Assembly (NCBI GenBank): GCA_963805625.1
Contig: CAWDVE010000019.1
Coordinates: 256,001-320,000 of the forward strand
DNA from: an uncultured Candidatus Rokubacteria bacterium
GTDB lineage: Bacteria > Methylomirabilota > Methylomirabilia > Rokubacteriales > DASRDR01
Direction of reading: 5' to 3'
Length of the DNA stretch: 64,000 bases
Shown: positions 29,174 to 39,573 of the stretch, one piece after another
How positions within the stretch are numbered: the stretch's first letter is position 1
Layout: each line of letters begins with the position of its first letter
The notes under the pieces: generated by a model
What the model saw: only the letters and a program-made list of their open reading frames with translations
Database searches by the model: none
What the model was told of the DNA's origin: nothing
Position numbers and translations under genes: made by a program

Positions 29174-30910
29174 GTGCGACGGCTGGCGGGCCCGGCGGCC
29201 CTCGCAGCGGTCGGTCTCGGGCTCCTGGTGCTGCCCGCTGCCAGGCCCCCCGCGTTCTACGAGTCGTTCCTCTATCTCGTCTTCCACTGGGTCGCGCTCG
29301 CGACCAGCTGGAGTATCCTGAGCGGCTACTCCGGATACTTCAGCTTCGGCCACGGGGCGTTCTTCGGGGCCGGGATGTACGCGACGGCCACGCTCGCGAC
29401 CGCGGGCCTCCCGTTCCTGGCGACGCTCCCGCTGGCTGGCCTCGTGGCCGCCCTGTTCGGGGTGGGGATGGGGGCGGTGGTCTTCCGGGTGCGGCGGCTC
29501 CGGGGTGAGCTGTTTGCACTACTCACGCTGGCGGTTACGTTCGTCCTCGCGACAATCGTGCTCAACACCCGCATCGACGGCGGGCCTGGCGTGTATCTAA
29601 GCGCGGTGCCGCTGCCCCGCATCCTCGGGTCACCGACCGCTACCCTCTATCTGCTCGGTCTTGCGATCGCGGTCGCCGCCGTCGCGAGCGCGTACGCCGT
29701 CCACCGGGCCCGCTGGGGCGCCGGGCTCTTCGCCATCCACGACGACGAGGATGTGGCGGAGGTGCTAGGCGTTCCCACCTACCGGTACAAGCTCTGCGCG
29801 CTCGGTCTCTCCGCGGGCCTGGCTGGCGTCGCGGGCGGCATCCACGCGATGTTCGTCACCTACGTCACCGTGGCCGAGACGTTCTCGATCGTGGTGCCCC
29901 TCTACGTCGTCCTGATGAGCGTGGTCGGTGGGGCGCGGCACTGGATCGGTCCGGCGATCGGCGCGTCGCTGGTCACCGTCTTGATGTATGGGGTCACCGG
30001 GGGCCAGACGGCCGTCGCCGGGCGGGCGATGGTCGGGCTCACGCTGATGCTCGTGATCCTCTTCCTCCCGGACGGGATCACCGGCTTCGTGAGGCGCCGG
30101 CGATCCGCGCGATCCCTCTCGACCACACCCCGTCCGGCGGCGGGCGAGCCGGCCTCTGCCGGAGCGCGTCCTCAGCGGGTCGGCTCGCCGCTGCTCGTGT
30201 GCGCCGACGTCCGGAAGGCGTTTCGCGGCGTCCAGGCGCTCGGCAGTGTGAGCCTCGAGGTCGGGGAAGGGGAGATCCTCGGACTCGTGGGCCCGAACGG
30301 CTCCGGCAAGTCGACCCTCATCAACATTGTTAGCGGCCACCACCGGACAGACGCCGGGCGGATCGTGGTCGGCGGCGTGGACGTCACCAGTCGCCCGGCC
30401 CACGAGATCGCGCGGCTGGGGGTGTCGCGCACCTACCAGATCCCGCGGCCTTTCGGCCACTTGACGGTTCGGGACAACGTGGCGGTCGCCGGCATGTTCG
30501 GCCGTCTCGGCCGGGACCGGCGCGCGGCCGAGCGTGAGGCGGGACGCTGGCTCGAGTTCACGGGCCTCGCCGACCGCGCGGCCGCGCTCCCCGCCACGCT
30601 GAACCTCCACCAGCGGAAGTTTCTGGAGCTCGCGCGGGCGCTGGCCTCCGAGCCCCGGCTCGTCATGCTGGACGAGGTGCTCTCGGGGCTGACGCCGTCG
30701 GAGATGGCCGACGCCACCCGTCTCGTCCGCGCCATACGGGACCGTGGGACGACGGTCGTGTTCGTCGAGCACATCATGCGGGCCGTCATGGCGCTGACGG
30801 ATCGCGTCGTCGTGCTGGATGCCGGCCAGGTCATCGCGAGCGGCGCGCCGCAGGACGTCATGCGCCACCCGCATGTCGTCCAGCGGTACCTCGGGAAGGT
30901 CCATGCTTGA
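29174..30910 (+). CDS. Fused LivM-like permease and LivG-like ATPase
   Basis: SGYFSFGHGAFFG TM domain followed by Walker A GPNGSGKST and MLDE. Confidence 0.9.
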   Translation: MRRLAGPAALAAVGLGLLVLPAARPPAFYESFLYLVFHWVALATSWSILSGYSGYFSFGHGAFFGAGMYATATLATAGLPFLATLPLAGLVAALFGVGMGAVVFRVRRLRGELFALLTLAVTFVLATIVLNTRIDGGPGVYLSAVPLPRILGSPTATLYLLGLAIAVAAVASAYAVHRARWGAGLFAIHDDEDVAEVLGVPTYRYKLCALGLSAGLAGVAGGIHAMFVTYVTVAETFSIVVPLYVVLMSVVGGARHWIGPAIGASLVTVLMYGVTGGQTAVAGRAMVGLTLMLVILFLPDGITGFVRRRRSARSLSTTPRPAAGEPASAGARPQRVGSPLLVCADVRKAFRGVQALGSVSLEVGEGEILGLVGPNGSGKSTLINIVSGHHRTDAGRIVVGGVDVTSRPAHEIARLGVSRTYQIPRPFGHLTVRDNVAVAGMFGRLGRDRRAAEREAGRWLEFTGLADRAAALPATLNLHQRKFLELARALASEPRLVMLDEVLSGLTPSEMADATRLVRAIRDRGTTVVFVEHIMRAVMALTDRVVVLDAGQVIASGAPQDVMRHPHVVQRYLGKVHA

Positions 30911-31616
30911 GGCCGAGCGCCTCCTGGTGGCCTACGGAGACGCCACGGCGCTCTGGGATGTCTCGCTCAGCGTGGGATCGGGCGACCTGGTGTCGGTCGT
31001 CGGCCCGAACGGGAGCGGCAAGACGACCCTCATCAACGCGATCGCGGGACTCCTCCGTGTGCGTGGGGGGCGGCTCCGCTTTCACGGCGAGGATCTCACC
31101 CGGCTGGCTCCGCACGAGGTCTCGGGCCGCGGGATCGCGATCGTGCCCGAGGGGCGTCGGCTCTTCGCCGGGATGACGGTGGAGGAGAACCTCGAGATCG
31201 GCTGCTACACGCGCGGCGCGCGCGGCGCCCGCGGGGCGCGCCTCGCGCGCGTGTACGCGATGTTCCCGGTCCTGCACGCGCGGCGGCGGCAGGCGGCGGG
31301 TTTGCTCTCGGGCGGCGAGCAGCAGATGGTCGCGATCGGCCGCGCGCTGATGGCGGGCCCGCGCCTCCTACTCCTCGATGAGCCTTCCCTCGGGCTTGCG
31401 CCATCGATCGTGGACCACCTCTTCGAGGTGATCGAGACGCTCCACCAGGAGGGGGTGGCGGTGCTCCTCGTCGAGCAGAACGTCGCGCGGGCGCTGGCGG
31501 TGGCAACCCGCGCCTACGTGCTGGCGGAGGGTCGCATCGTGGCGGACGGCCCGGCGACCGAGCTGCTCGCGCAGCCGCACATCCGGAGCGCTTACCTGGG
31601 CGACAGCGGGCCCTGA
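30903..31616 (+). CDS. LivF-like ABC ATPase
   Basis: GPNGSGKTT, LSGGEQQM, LLLDEPSLGLAP motifs. Confidence 0.92.
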   Translation: MLEAERLLVAYGDATALWDVSLSVGSGDLVSVVGPNGSGKTTLINAIAGLLRVRGGRLRFHGEDLTRLAPHEVSGRGIAIVPEGRRLFAGMTVEENLEIGCYTRGARGARGARLARVYAMFPVLHARRRQAAGLLSGGEQQMVAIGRALMAGPRLLLLDEPSLGLAPSIVDHLFEVIETLHQEGVAVLLVEQNVARALAVATRAYVLAEGRIVADGPATELLAQPHIRSAYLGDSGP

Positions 31617-31780
31617 CGGACCGGGTCGGGCGACCTGGCGCGCCCCGATCGCGCTCGGGAGGCCGGTCTTCGGCTGGGCCGTCCTCCTCCGTCCGGGCTG
31701 GTGTGGAGGCTTCTGCCGGTGAGCTGACGCGCGGGTTCCGGCAGGCTGCCCCGCGCGGAGCGTGTGCTACCGTAGAGGTT

Positions 31781-32092
31781 GTGGCTGGGCTTCGCTGGCT
31801 GTTCGTTTTCGTCATCTGGGCGGCGCTGGACTTGTCCGGCCCGCTCCTCCTCGTGCCGGTCGAGGCCCTGGAGGAGTCGGAGGAGGCCACACACCGGTCT
31901 CCGCTCAGGCGGCGCGACCGTGCGCCCGAGATACGGGTCGCGTCGGCGAGACGTCAGGAGATCCAGGAGGACGCGGCGCGCCTGTCGCGTCTCGTCGCCG
32001 CCACGAGCCCTCGGCACGGGCACGAGGCCGGCACCCCGCGCAAGCTCCCGCAGTCCGATCCCGGCCCCGATCCCGCTTCAGACGACCACTAG
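31781..32092 (+). CDS. Small hypothetical protein with N-terminal hydrophobic helix (possible leader ORF)
   Basis: GTG after AGAGG and a TG-C-TACCGT extended -10; LRWLFVFVIWAAL helix followed by a disordered tail. Confidence 0.45.
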   Translation: MAGLRWLFVFVIWAALDLSGPLLLVPVEALEESEEATHRSPLRRRDRAPEIRVASARRQEIQEDAARLSRLVAATSPRHGHEAGTPRKLPQSDPGPDPASDDH

Positions 32093-32210
32093 CTCTCCCC
32101 AGCCCCCGTCGTTCCTCGACTGAGCCGCTCCATTCGGTGCGGGCATGGCTTGCCCGCGCCGTGCTCCGGAGCGCGCTCGCCCGTCCCTGTTACCGACAAG
32201 GGGGAGAGTC

Positions 32211-32795
32211 ATGGAGAGAGATCGCCAGATCGATGACCGTTCTCGCGTCCCGGGCACCGCCCGGCGTGTCCTCGTCACCGTCCACGGCCGAGAGCCCGCC
32301 GGCTGGGAGCTTGAGGTGTGCCGGGCCCTGATGCTGTCGCCGCAGACGACGCTGCGGGTGCTGGCCGTGGCCGATGTGCCGTCGCCTCCGTCCGCAGCCC
32401 TCCTCCCATCCGCCCGCCGGACCCGGGCGCGCGCCCGCGCCGAGTGGCAGCGGCTCGAGGAGGCGAACGTCACCCGGCGTCTCGAAGCGCTGCTGGCGGG
32501 TCTGTTCGTGGTCCCGGAAGTGGTGTGGGTCCGCGTGGCGGACGCGGATGCCGGCCGGGTGATAGTCGAGCAGGCGGCCGCCTGGGGCGCCGATCTGATC
32601 GTCGTCGGGGTGGATGGGACGAGCTGGCTGGAGCGACGGCTCCTCGGCGCCATCCACGAGCGGGTGGTTGCCCGTGCAGGCTGCGCCGTCCTCGTCATGC
32701 CGTCGGCGGCGCGGAGCACGCTCCGGAGCTGGGGCGGCGCATCCGCCTCCGGACGCGGCAGACAGCGGGCGGCTACCGCGAAGGGAGGGGCGTGA
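32211..32795 (+). CDS. Universal stress protein
   Basis: RVLVTVHG, ADLIVVG, LLGAIHERVVARAGCAVLVM motifs; GGGGAG RBS. Confidence 0.85.
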   Translation: MERDRQIDDRSRVPGTARRVLVTVHGREPAGWELEVCRALMLSPQTTLRVLAVADVPSPPSAALLPSARRTRARARAEWQRLEEANVTRRLEALLAGLFVVPEVVWVRVADADAGRVIVEQAAAWGADLIVVGVDGTSWLERRLLGAIHERVVARAGCAVLVMPSAARSTLRSWGGASASGRGRQRAATAKGGA

Positions 32796-32799
32796 CCCG

Positions 32800-33843
32800 A
32801 TGGCCACGCTCTTTCCGTTCGGGGAGTACTGGTGGCTGTACGCGGCCTTCACGGGCGGAGTGCTGCTCCTCCTCTTCATCGATCTCTTCCTGCTGCACCG
32901 CGACGCCCACGAGGTGCGGTTCCGGGAGGCGGTGGGGTGGAGCGCGGTGTGGGTGAGCCTCGCCCTGTCCTTCAACGGAGCGCTCTACGCCTACGCGTCC
33001 TGGGCGTTCGCTCAGGATCCTCGGCTGACCGCGATCCCGGGGTTCGACCCCGAGGCGGCCGCCTGGCAGGTCGCGCTCGAGTTTCTCACCGGTTACGTGG
33101 TCGAGTACTCGCTGTCCGTGGACAACATCTTCGTGTTCGTACTGATCCTCGGCTACTTCGGCGTGCCCGCCCGATACCAGCATCGGGTGCTCTTCTACGG
33201 CATCCTGGGCGCGCTGATCTTTCGGGGGATCTTCATCTCCCTGGGCGCGATCCTCATGCAGTTCCACTGGGTGGTGTGGCTCTTCGGGATCTTCCTGATC
33301 GTCACCGGACTGCGCATGCTGCGCGCCACCGAGGAGGGGGTGGACCCCGGTCGCAACCCGCTGATCCGGCTTGTGCGCCGCGCGCTGCCGGTCACGCACG
33401 AGATGCACGGGCAGCGCTTCGTCGTGCGCCAGGACGGGCGGCTCTGGGCCACGCCGCTCCTGGTCGCGCTACTCTGCCTGGAGGCGAGCGACGTCGTATT
33501 CGCGATCGATTCGGTGCCGGCCATCTTCGCCCTGACGCGGGAGCCGTTCATCGTTTTCACGTCGAACGTCTTCGCCATCCTCGGACTCCGGTCGATGTAC
33601 TTCATGCTCGGGGGCGCGGTGGAGCGCTTTCACCTGCTGCGCTACGGGCTGGCGGTGGTGCTGGTGTTCGTCGGGCTCAAGATGGTCTGGCTGGACGCGT
33701 GGTACGGTGGCAAGTTCCCGATCGGGATCTCGCTGGCGATCATCGGGGCCGTCCTCGGCACCTCGATCATCGTGTCGCTCGCGTACCCGCGGCGAGAGGG
33801 AGCAGCCCTCGGAGGGGTACGCTCGGAGGAGGTGTCCCGATGA
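32800..33843 (+). CDS. terC: TerC/Alx family membrane protein (probable Mn2+ exporter)
   Basis: EYSLSVDNIFVF, QHRVLFYG, DVVFAIDSVPA, SNVFAILGLRS motifs. Confidence 0.93.
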   Translation: MATLFPFGEYWWLYAAFTGGVLLLLFIDLFLLHRDAHEVRFREAVGWSAVWVSLALSFNGALYAYASWAFAQDPRLTAIPGFDPEAAAWQVALEFLTGYVVEYSLSVDNIFVFVLILGYFGVPARYQHRVLFYGILGALIFRGIFISLGAILMQFHWVVWLFGIFLIVTGLRMLRATEEGVDPGRNPLIRLVRRALPVTHEMHGQRFVVRQDGRLWATPLLVALLCLEASDVVFAIDSVPAIFALTREPFIVFTSNVFAILGLRSMYFMLGGAVERFHLLRYGLAVVLVFVGLKMVWLDAWYGGKFPIGISLAIIGAVLGTSIIVSLAYPRREGAALGGVRSEEVSR

Positions 33844-34295
33844 CGGTCAAGGAGATCATGAGTCAGCCGGTCGTCACGGTGCATGAGGACACGCTGGCCC
33901 CCGAGGTCGCGCGGGTGATGCAAGAGCGAGACATCGGGGCAGTCGTCGTGGTGGACAGCGGCGGCGGCCTGCGTGGCATCGTGACGGAGTCCGACTTCAC
34001 GGGAGTTGGGCGCTGTGTGCCCTTCTCCCTGGCCCTGGCGCCGGTCGTGTTCGGTGCGCGGGCGCCGACGATGTCCGAGCTCGAACGGATCTACGTCATG
34101 GCGCGGAAGCTCACCGCACGGCAGATCATGAGCGATCGCGTGCACACGGTGGAGGAGTCTGAGGAGGTCGGGGTAGTTGTCCACCGCATGCTCCAGCGAA
34201 ACCTCAAGCACGTGCCGGTGGTGCGGGACGGGAAGCCGGTGGGCATGCTCGCGCGCCACGACCTCCTCAAGCTGGTCGCCGCAGCGTCTCCCTGA
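33840..34295 (+). CDS. CBS-domain protein
   Basis: VKEIMSQPVVTV, GIVTESD, HVPVVRDGKPVG motifs; ATGA overlap with terC. Confidence 0.9.
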   Translation: MTVKEIMSQPVVTVHEDTLAPEVARVMQERDIGAVVVVDSGGGLRGIVTESDFTGVGRCVPFSLALAPVVFGARAPTMSELERIYVMARKLTARQIMSDRVHTVEESEEVGVVVHRMLQRNLKHVPVVRDGKPVGMLARHDLLKLVAAASP

Positions 34296-34473
34296 CGCGG
34301 GAGGGGGGAGGCCCGGTGGCGGCGTCAGCGGGCGCATTTCGCCCGCCCGTCAGCCCGGCGCGGGATGCGGAGTCCCGGTGGCGGGCATTTGGGCCGGCCA
34401 GACCGGTGGGTCGAGCTCTGCGTCGGTGCCTGGGGCGCACGTGGGAAGCTCAGGGACTCCCGGCGCCGCACAG

Positions 34474-37400
34474 TCACTCGGCCGCGGCGGGCTCCATGAC
34501 GCTGCCGTAGCGGTGTCGTACCCGCGAGACCGTCTGCTCGCGGAGGTACCCGCGGAGCTCGAGACGGCCGTTGGCGACGACAGGGGCGTCGATGACCGTG
34601 AGGCCGACGCCATTGGCAGCGGCGCGGGCTGCGGTCGAGATCGGTTCCCAGACCCTCACGCGCTCCGCATCCTCCGGATGCGCTAGGCGCTCTACGAAGC
34701 CCGCCTCGGCTTCCACCACGAGCCTCACCCCATTGCACTCGGCCAGCCACGCCGCGGGCGGGGAATCCGGGGCGAGGCTAACCGTCAGCGGCACGCCGGC
34801 GACGCAGGCCGAGAGCGCCACTTGCGAGAGCGTGACGGCGGCCGCGGCGGTTCCGCGCACGATGACGCGCCGGCACGGTCGGTAGCGGAACGCGTTCCGC
34901 TCCCCGAGGATCTCGCCGGGATCGTGCTCGCGGCTGAAGTGGCGGCGCCACGCGCCGGCGTAGCTCGCCGCGCTGGCGCGCAGGAGCGCGCGCGCTTCGG
35001 CGTCGCGCACCTCGGCCAGGCATCGCTCCAGCAACTCGGCCAGCGGCTCCGGCAGGGGCTCGCCGCCGACGGACGGCGGCGTCACCTGGCGCCAGCGCCC
35101 GAGCTGCAGCACGTAGTTGGGGCCGCCTGCCTTCGCCCCAGGCCCCACCGAGGAGGCCTTCCAGCCGCCGAACGGCTGACGGCCCACGATCGCCCCGGTG
35201 ATCGGACGGTTGACGTAGAGAGTCCCGGCGTCGAGCCGGTCGACCCAATGCGCGATCTCGCGATCGTCCAGGGTTTGAATCCCGCTCGTGAGCCCGAACG
35301 GCGTGGCGTTCGCGAGGGCGATGGCCTGATCGAGATCCTCGGCGCGCATGAGCCCGAGCACGGGGCCGAAGCACTCCGTGCGGTGGAAGAACGACCCGGG
35401 GCGCACTCCGAGCTTGATGCCCGGCGACCAGAGCTGCGGATTGTCCCGCGCCGGCCGCGGCTCGAGCAGCCACTCCTCCCCCTCGTCGAGGACGGCCAGC
35501 CCGCGCCGGAGCGCCGCGCCCGGGGGCTGAGTGAGCGGAGTGACGCGGCTCCCGAGCTCCCACGCGCTACCCACTGCGAGGCTGGCGGCCGCGTCGCGAA
35601 GCTGGCGCCGGAAGTCCGGGTCCTCGTACACCTCCGCCTCGCAAATGGCGAGACTCGCAGCCGAGCACTTCTGGCCATTGTGGCCGAAGGCCGATCGAAC
35701 GAGATCGCGGATCGCCTGGTCCCGATCCGCGAGCGAGGTGATGATGACGGCGTTCTTCCCGCTCGTCTCCGCGAACAGGGGGAGATCGGGCCGCCAGCCG
35801 AGAAACAGGCGGGCCGTCTCCGCTGATCCGGTCAGGATGACGGCTCCGACGCGGGGATCTGTCACCAGCGCACTGCCGGTGTCGTCGTCGGGGCAGGGCA
35901 GGAACTGGAGGACATCACGCGGGACGCCGGCATCCCACAGACAGCGGGCCAGCCACCAGCCGACGAGCACCGCCTCGGGCGCCGGCTTGAGGATGACGGC
36001 GTTCCCGGCCGCCAGTGCGGCGAGGACCCCCCCGGCGGGGATGGAGAGCGGAAAGTTCCACGGTGGCGTCACGACCACGACGCCGAGCGGGTCCATGCGA
36101 CAGTCGGCGAGCTCAGCGGCCGTCTCGCGCAGCGTGCGCGCGTAGTAGCGCGCGAAGTCGACGGCCTCGGAGACCTCGGCGTCCGCCTCGGTCACCGTCT
36201 TGGCGCCGTCGAGGATCATCGCGCCGATGAGATCGCCGCGGCGCCGGTTCAGTTCGGCCGCGCACGCTTCGAGCCGAGCATCGCGCTCCGTGGCCGGATG
36301 CCCGGCCCACGCCGGCTGCGCGGCCCGGGCGACGGTGAGCGCGCGGTCGACGTCCGCAGGGCCGCCCAGTGCGTAGCGATAGGCGACGCGGCCCGGCCGC
36401 GAGGGATCGCGGCCTTCCGCCTCTCCCGCGCCGGCGCGGAATTCCCCGCCGATCTGGAGCGGGATGACCTCCGGCAAGCGCTCGCGCCAGCGGTCCGCGA
36501 CGCCCTCGATCCACGCGCGGTTCTGCGCGAGCGTCCAGTCGGTGTCGGGATCGTTCTCGAAACGGGCGTCGAGAAGCGGTGCGATGGGCCGCGCGTGTGC
36601 ATCCGTCGATCGATCTTGCGTGCGGCGAGGCGCGTCCGAAAGCGCGGTCTTGATGCCAAACGCGGCCAGGAATCGATCGCGCTCCGTGTTCCATGCCGGC
36701 GAGCCAGGCTCGAGATCGAACACGTGGCGCAGGAAGTTCTCGGGCGCCGTATTCTCGTCGAGCCGCCGGACCAGGTACGCGATGGCGCTGTGGAAGTCCT
36801 CGGCCCGGACCACGGGCGCGTAGAGCAAGAGTCCTCCGGCGCGCGCGCGCACCGCCCGTGCCTGGTGGTTAGCCATGCCCTCCAGCATCTCGAACTCGGT
36901 CCACGGCAGGACGTCGTGGGCCTCGCGCAGCACGAGCCCGTAGGCGATGTCGAAGAGGTTGTGGCTCGCGATCCCCAGGTGGACGGCTTCCGCGTGCTCT
37001 GGTCGGCAGCCGTATTCGAGCATTCGCTTGTAGTTGGCGTCGACCTCGGCCTTTGTCTCGTAGGGCGCCTGGGGCCAGCCATGCGCGGCCGCGTCGATGC
37101 GCTCCATGGCGAGGTTCGCGCCTTTGACGATGCGTAGCTTGACCGGTGCGCCGCCGCGCCTCCGACGCGCGATGGCCCATGTCGTGAGGGACCGCTGTAC
37201 GCGATGCGAGTCTGGCAGGTAGGCCTGCAGCACGATACCCGCGCTCAAGGGCAGGAACTCGGGCTCGTCCAGGACCTCTCGGAATGCCGTCACCGTGAGG
37301 TCGAGGTCTCGGTACTCTTCCATGTCGAGGTTGATGAACTTCGGAGTGACGCGTCCGTCGGGACGACGGTATCGATGGCGGGCGGCCGCCCGGTAGAGCC

Positions 37401-38034
37401 TTCGGAGGCGCTCGGTGACGTGGGCCACGGTCGGGCGAAAGGCGACGAGATCGATCTGGCTGAAGACGGACGAAACCTTCACCGAGATGTACTCGACGTC
37501 GTCGCGGGCGAGGAGCGCGAGGTACGCCTCGAGCCGGCGCGCCGCCTCCGCCTCGCCCAGGATCGCCTCGCCGAGCTGGTTGAGGTTCAGCCTCATGCCC
37601 GCCTGTCGCCGCTCCTCGAGGTATTGGCGGAGATCTTCCTCTTCGCCGGGAAGGATGACGTTCTGGGTCTCGTGGCGCAGTCGGCTCACGATGGGGGGAA
37701 CCACCAGGCTGGGGAGGTAGTGCGCCATGGCTCCGCCCAGGAGTAGCGCGGCCCGCTCCCACCAGTCCATGAACCGGGGCACCCCGTGGCGCTCGAGGAG
37801 GTAGGCGAGCTGGTCGGCAATGCGCTCGGGGCGGCGGCTCCGGAAGGCTTGATCGGCGAGCGCGATCGTCAGCTCCTTGCCATGTGGATCGGCCATCATG
37901 CGGGCGAGCTTCTTGGCCTGGGCGTGCTCTTCCGGGGTCTGCTGCGCGCGCGCCTCGCGGAGGAGTGTTTCGGCGAGCTCGACGGCGCGGTGGGCGAGGC
38001 GCTCTTCGTTCGTCGGGTCGTCCGTCGCGCGCAT
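34474..38034 (-). CDS. putA: Bifunctional proline dehydrogenase / glutamate-semialdehyde (P5C) dehydrogenase
   Basis: LDMEEY, LRIVKGA, ASHN, YLVRRLDEN in the PRODH domain; PWNFP, ETSGKN, GQKCSA, ECFGP in the ALDH domain. Confidence 0.95.
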   Translation of the reverse strand: MRATDDPTNEERLAHRAVELAETLLREARAQQTPEEHAQAKKLARMMADPHGKELTIALADQAFRSRRPERIADQLAYLLERHGVPRFMDWWERAALLLGGAMAHYLPSLVVPPIVSRLRHETQNVILPGEEEDLRQYLEERRQAGMRLNLNQLGEAILGEAEAARRLEAYLALLARDDVEYISVKVSSVFSQIDLVAFRPTVAHVTERLRRLYRAAARHRYRRPDGRVTPKFINLDMEEYRDLDLTVTAFREVLDEPEFLPLSAGIVLQAYLPDSHRVQRSLTTWAIARRRRGGAPVKLRIVKGANLAMERIDAAAHGWPQAPYETKAEVDANYKRMLEYGCRPEHAEAVHLGIASHNLFDIAYGLVLREAHDVLPWTEFEMLEGMANHQARAVRARAGGLLLYAPVVRAEDFHSAIAYLVRRLDENTAPENFLRHVFDLEPGSPAWNTERDRFLAAFGIKTALSDAPRRTQDRSTDAHARPIAPLLDARFENDPDTDWTLAQNRAWIEGVADRWRERLPEVIPLQIGGEFRAGAGEAEGRDPSRPGRVAYRYALGGPADVDRALTVARAAQPAWAGHPATERDARLEACAAELNRRRGDLIGAMILDGAKTVTEADAEVSEAVDFARYYARTLRETAAELADCRMDPLGVVVVTPPWNFPLSIPAGGVLAALAAGNAVILKPAPEAVLVGWWLARCLWDAGVPRDVLQFLPCPDDDTGSALVTDPRVGAVILTGSAETARLFLGWRPDLPLFAETSGKNAVIITSLADRDQAIRDLVRSAFGHNGQKCSAASLAICEAEVYEDPDFRRQLRDAAASLAVGSAWELGSRVTPLTQPPGAALRRGLAVLDEGEEWLLEPRPARDNPQLWSPGIKLGVRPGSFFHRTECFGPVLGLMRAEDLDQAIALANATPFGLTSGIQTLDDREIAHWVDRLDAGTLYVNRPITGAIVGRQPFGGWKASSVGPGAKAGGPNYVLQLGRWRQVTPPSVGGEPLPEPLAELLERCLAEVRDAEARALLRASAASYAGAWRRHFSREHDPGEILGERNAFRYRPCRRVIVRGTAAAAVTLSQVALSACVAGVPLTVSLAPDSPPAAWLAECNGVRLVVEAEAGFVERLAHPEDAERVRVWEPISTAARAAANGVGLTVIDAPVVANGRLELRGYLREQTVSRVRHRYGSVMEPAAAE

Positions 38035-38164
38035 CCCTGTTCCCGCACCCCAGTGTACGGCGCTTCAGACTTCGCTGACCGGGCCTTCCGGGCGCGAGGG
38101 ATGCATCCCGGATCCCTTCGGTCGCGGCCACGAGCCTCCCGAACTCTGATATCCTCGGCACACC

Positions 38165-39232
38165 ATGACGGCCCCGACGCCGATCATCGGCGCCTGCGCC
38201 TGGCGTGGCGAGGAGATGGCGCGCTCGACACGATGGGTCCGCCGGCTCGACGCGGCGGCCATCGCCGAGATCGACACGGCTCTCGACGCCGCCCGGTCGG
38301 CTCGGGTCCCTTGGTACGAGACCACGCGGGAGTGCTTCCCGCTCCCGGGGCTCACCGTCACGCTCGCCGAGGTGGCCCGCGAGCTCGAGGACGGCTGTGG
38401 TCTGGTGACCCTACGCGGCCTGCCGGTCGAGCGCTACACGGCCGACGAGCTCCGGCAGATCTGGTTCGGGCTCGGAAGCCACCTTGGCTACCCCGTGTTC
38501 CAGAACCGACGAGGCGAGCTGATGCGCGAGATTCGGGACGAGGGCCAGGCCGTCGGCGAGCGCTACGGTCAGATCCCGTCGGCGAGCGGCGGTCCGGGCC
38601 AGGTGCTCTCCTCGTACGCCCGCACCCTCTCGAACGGACCGCTGCGGTTCCACACGGACCGCTGCGACGTGGTCGGCCTCCTCTGCGCGAGACAGGCCCG
38701 GGCGGGCGGGGTCAGCAAGCTGGCGAGCTCCGTCGCCGTCCACAACGAGATGATCCGGTGCCGGCCGGACCTCGCAGCCCTCCTCTACCGGGACGTCTAT
38801 CGCAGCCGTTTTGGCGAGGAGGCGAGCGACCACGACGTCGTGTACCCCCTGCCGGTCTTCGGCGTGCGCGACGGCAAGTTCACCAGCCACTACTCCTTGA
38901 CCTTCATCGAGGTCGCCCAGATGGTGCCGGGGGTGCCGCCCTTGACCGCCGAGCAGCGGGAGGCGCTCGAGCTCCTGATGACGCTGGCCGACGAGCTGTC
39001 CTTCGCGATGCGCTTCGAGCCCGGCGACATGCAGCTCGTGAACAACCACGTCATCTACCACGCGCGGACCGCGTTCGAGGACGACGCCGGCAGCGGCCAC
39101 GTGCGGCTCCTCTACCGGATCTGGCTCTCGATGCCGAACAGCCGGGCGCTCCCGCCGGGCCACGAGGTGCTGTGGGGGTCGATCGACCCGGGCGCGCTCC
39201 GGGGCGGGATCGGCCAGGTCGCGGCCGTCTGA
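38165..39232 (+). CDS. TauD/TfdA family Fe(II)/2-oxoglutarate dioxygenase
   Basis: FHTD facial-triad motif; PGDMQLVNNHVIYHAR, RLLYRIW. Confidence 0.88.
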   Translation: MTAPTPIIGACAWRGEEMARSTRWVRRLDAAAIAEIDTALDAARSARVPWYETTRECFPLPGLTVTLAEVARELEDGCGLVTLRGLPVERYTADELRQIWFGLGSHLGYPVFQNRRGELMREIRDEGQAVGERYGQIPSASGGPGQVLSSYARTLSNGPLRFHTDRCDVVGLLCARQARAGGVSKLASSVAVHNEMIRCRPDLAALLYRDVYRSRFGEEASDHDVVYPLPVFGVRDGKFTSHYSLTFIEVAQMVPGVPPLTAEQREALELLMTLADELSFAMRFEPGDMQLVNNHVIYHARTAFEDDAGSGHVRLLYRIWLSMPNSRALPPGHEVLWGSIDPGALRGGIGQVAAV

Positions 39233-39265
39233 GACACGCGTCATACCGAACGAATCCGAGGATCC

Positions 39266-39472
39266 ATGGCCGAGATCGTCGCCGCAGCGCTGACGTCCCA
39301 CGCGCCGTTCGTCACCGGGAAGCCCGACATCGGCAAGCCCGAGCAGCGCGAGCGGCTGTGCGAGGGCTTCCACGAGATCCGCCGGCGGCTTGCCGCCGCT
39401 GGCCCCGACCTGATCATGACGTTCGTGAACGAGCCCGGGCTGTCCTTGACCGGTTTCCTGCGGCCGGGCTAG
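39266..39472 (+). pseudogene. Truncated LigB/MhpB-type extradiol dioxygenase (N-terminal fragment)
   Basis: MAEIVAAALTSHAP...PDLIMTFVNE, then diverges and stops at 68 aa; GAGG RBS. Confidence 0.7.
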
Positions 39473-39573
39473 TCTGACCCACCATCTGGTGATGCCGGCG
39501 CGCCGGTCAGGTTGCGGTCACGGCGCCATCGGTCGCGACAATGCGACGCTCCCCGACCAGTGAGGAAGAGCCC

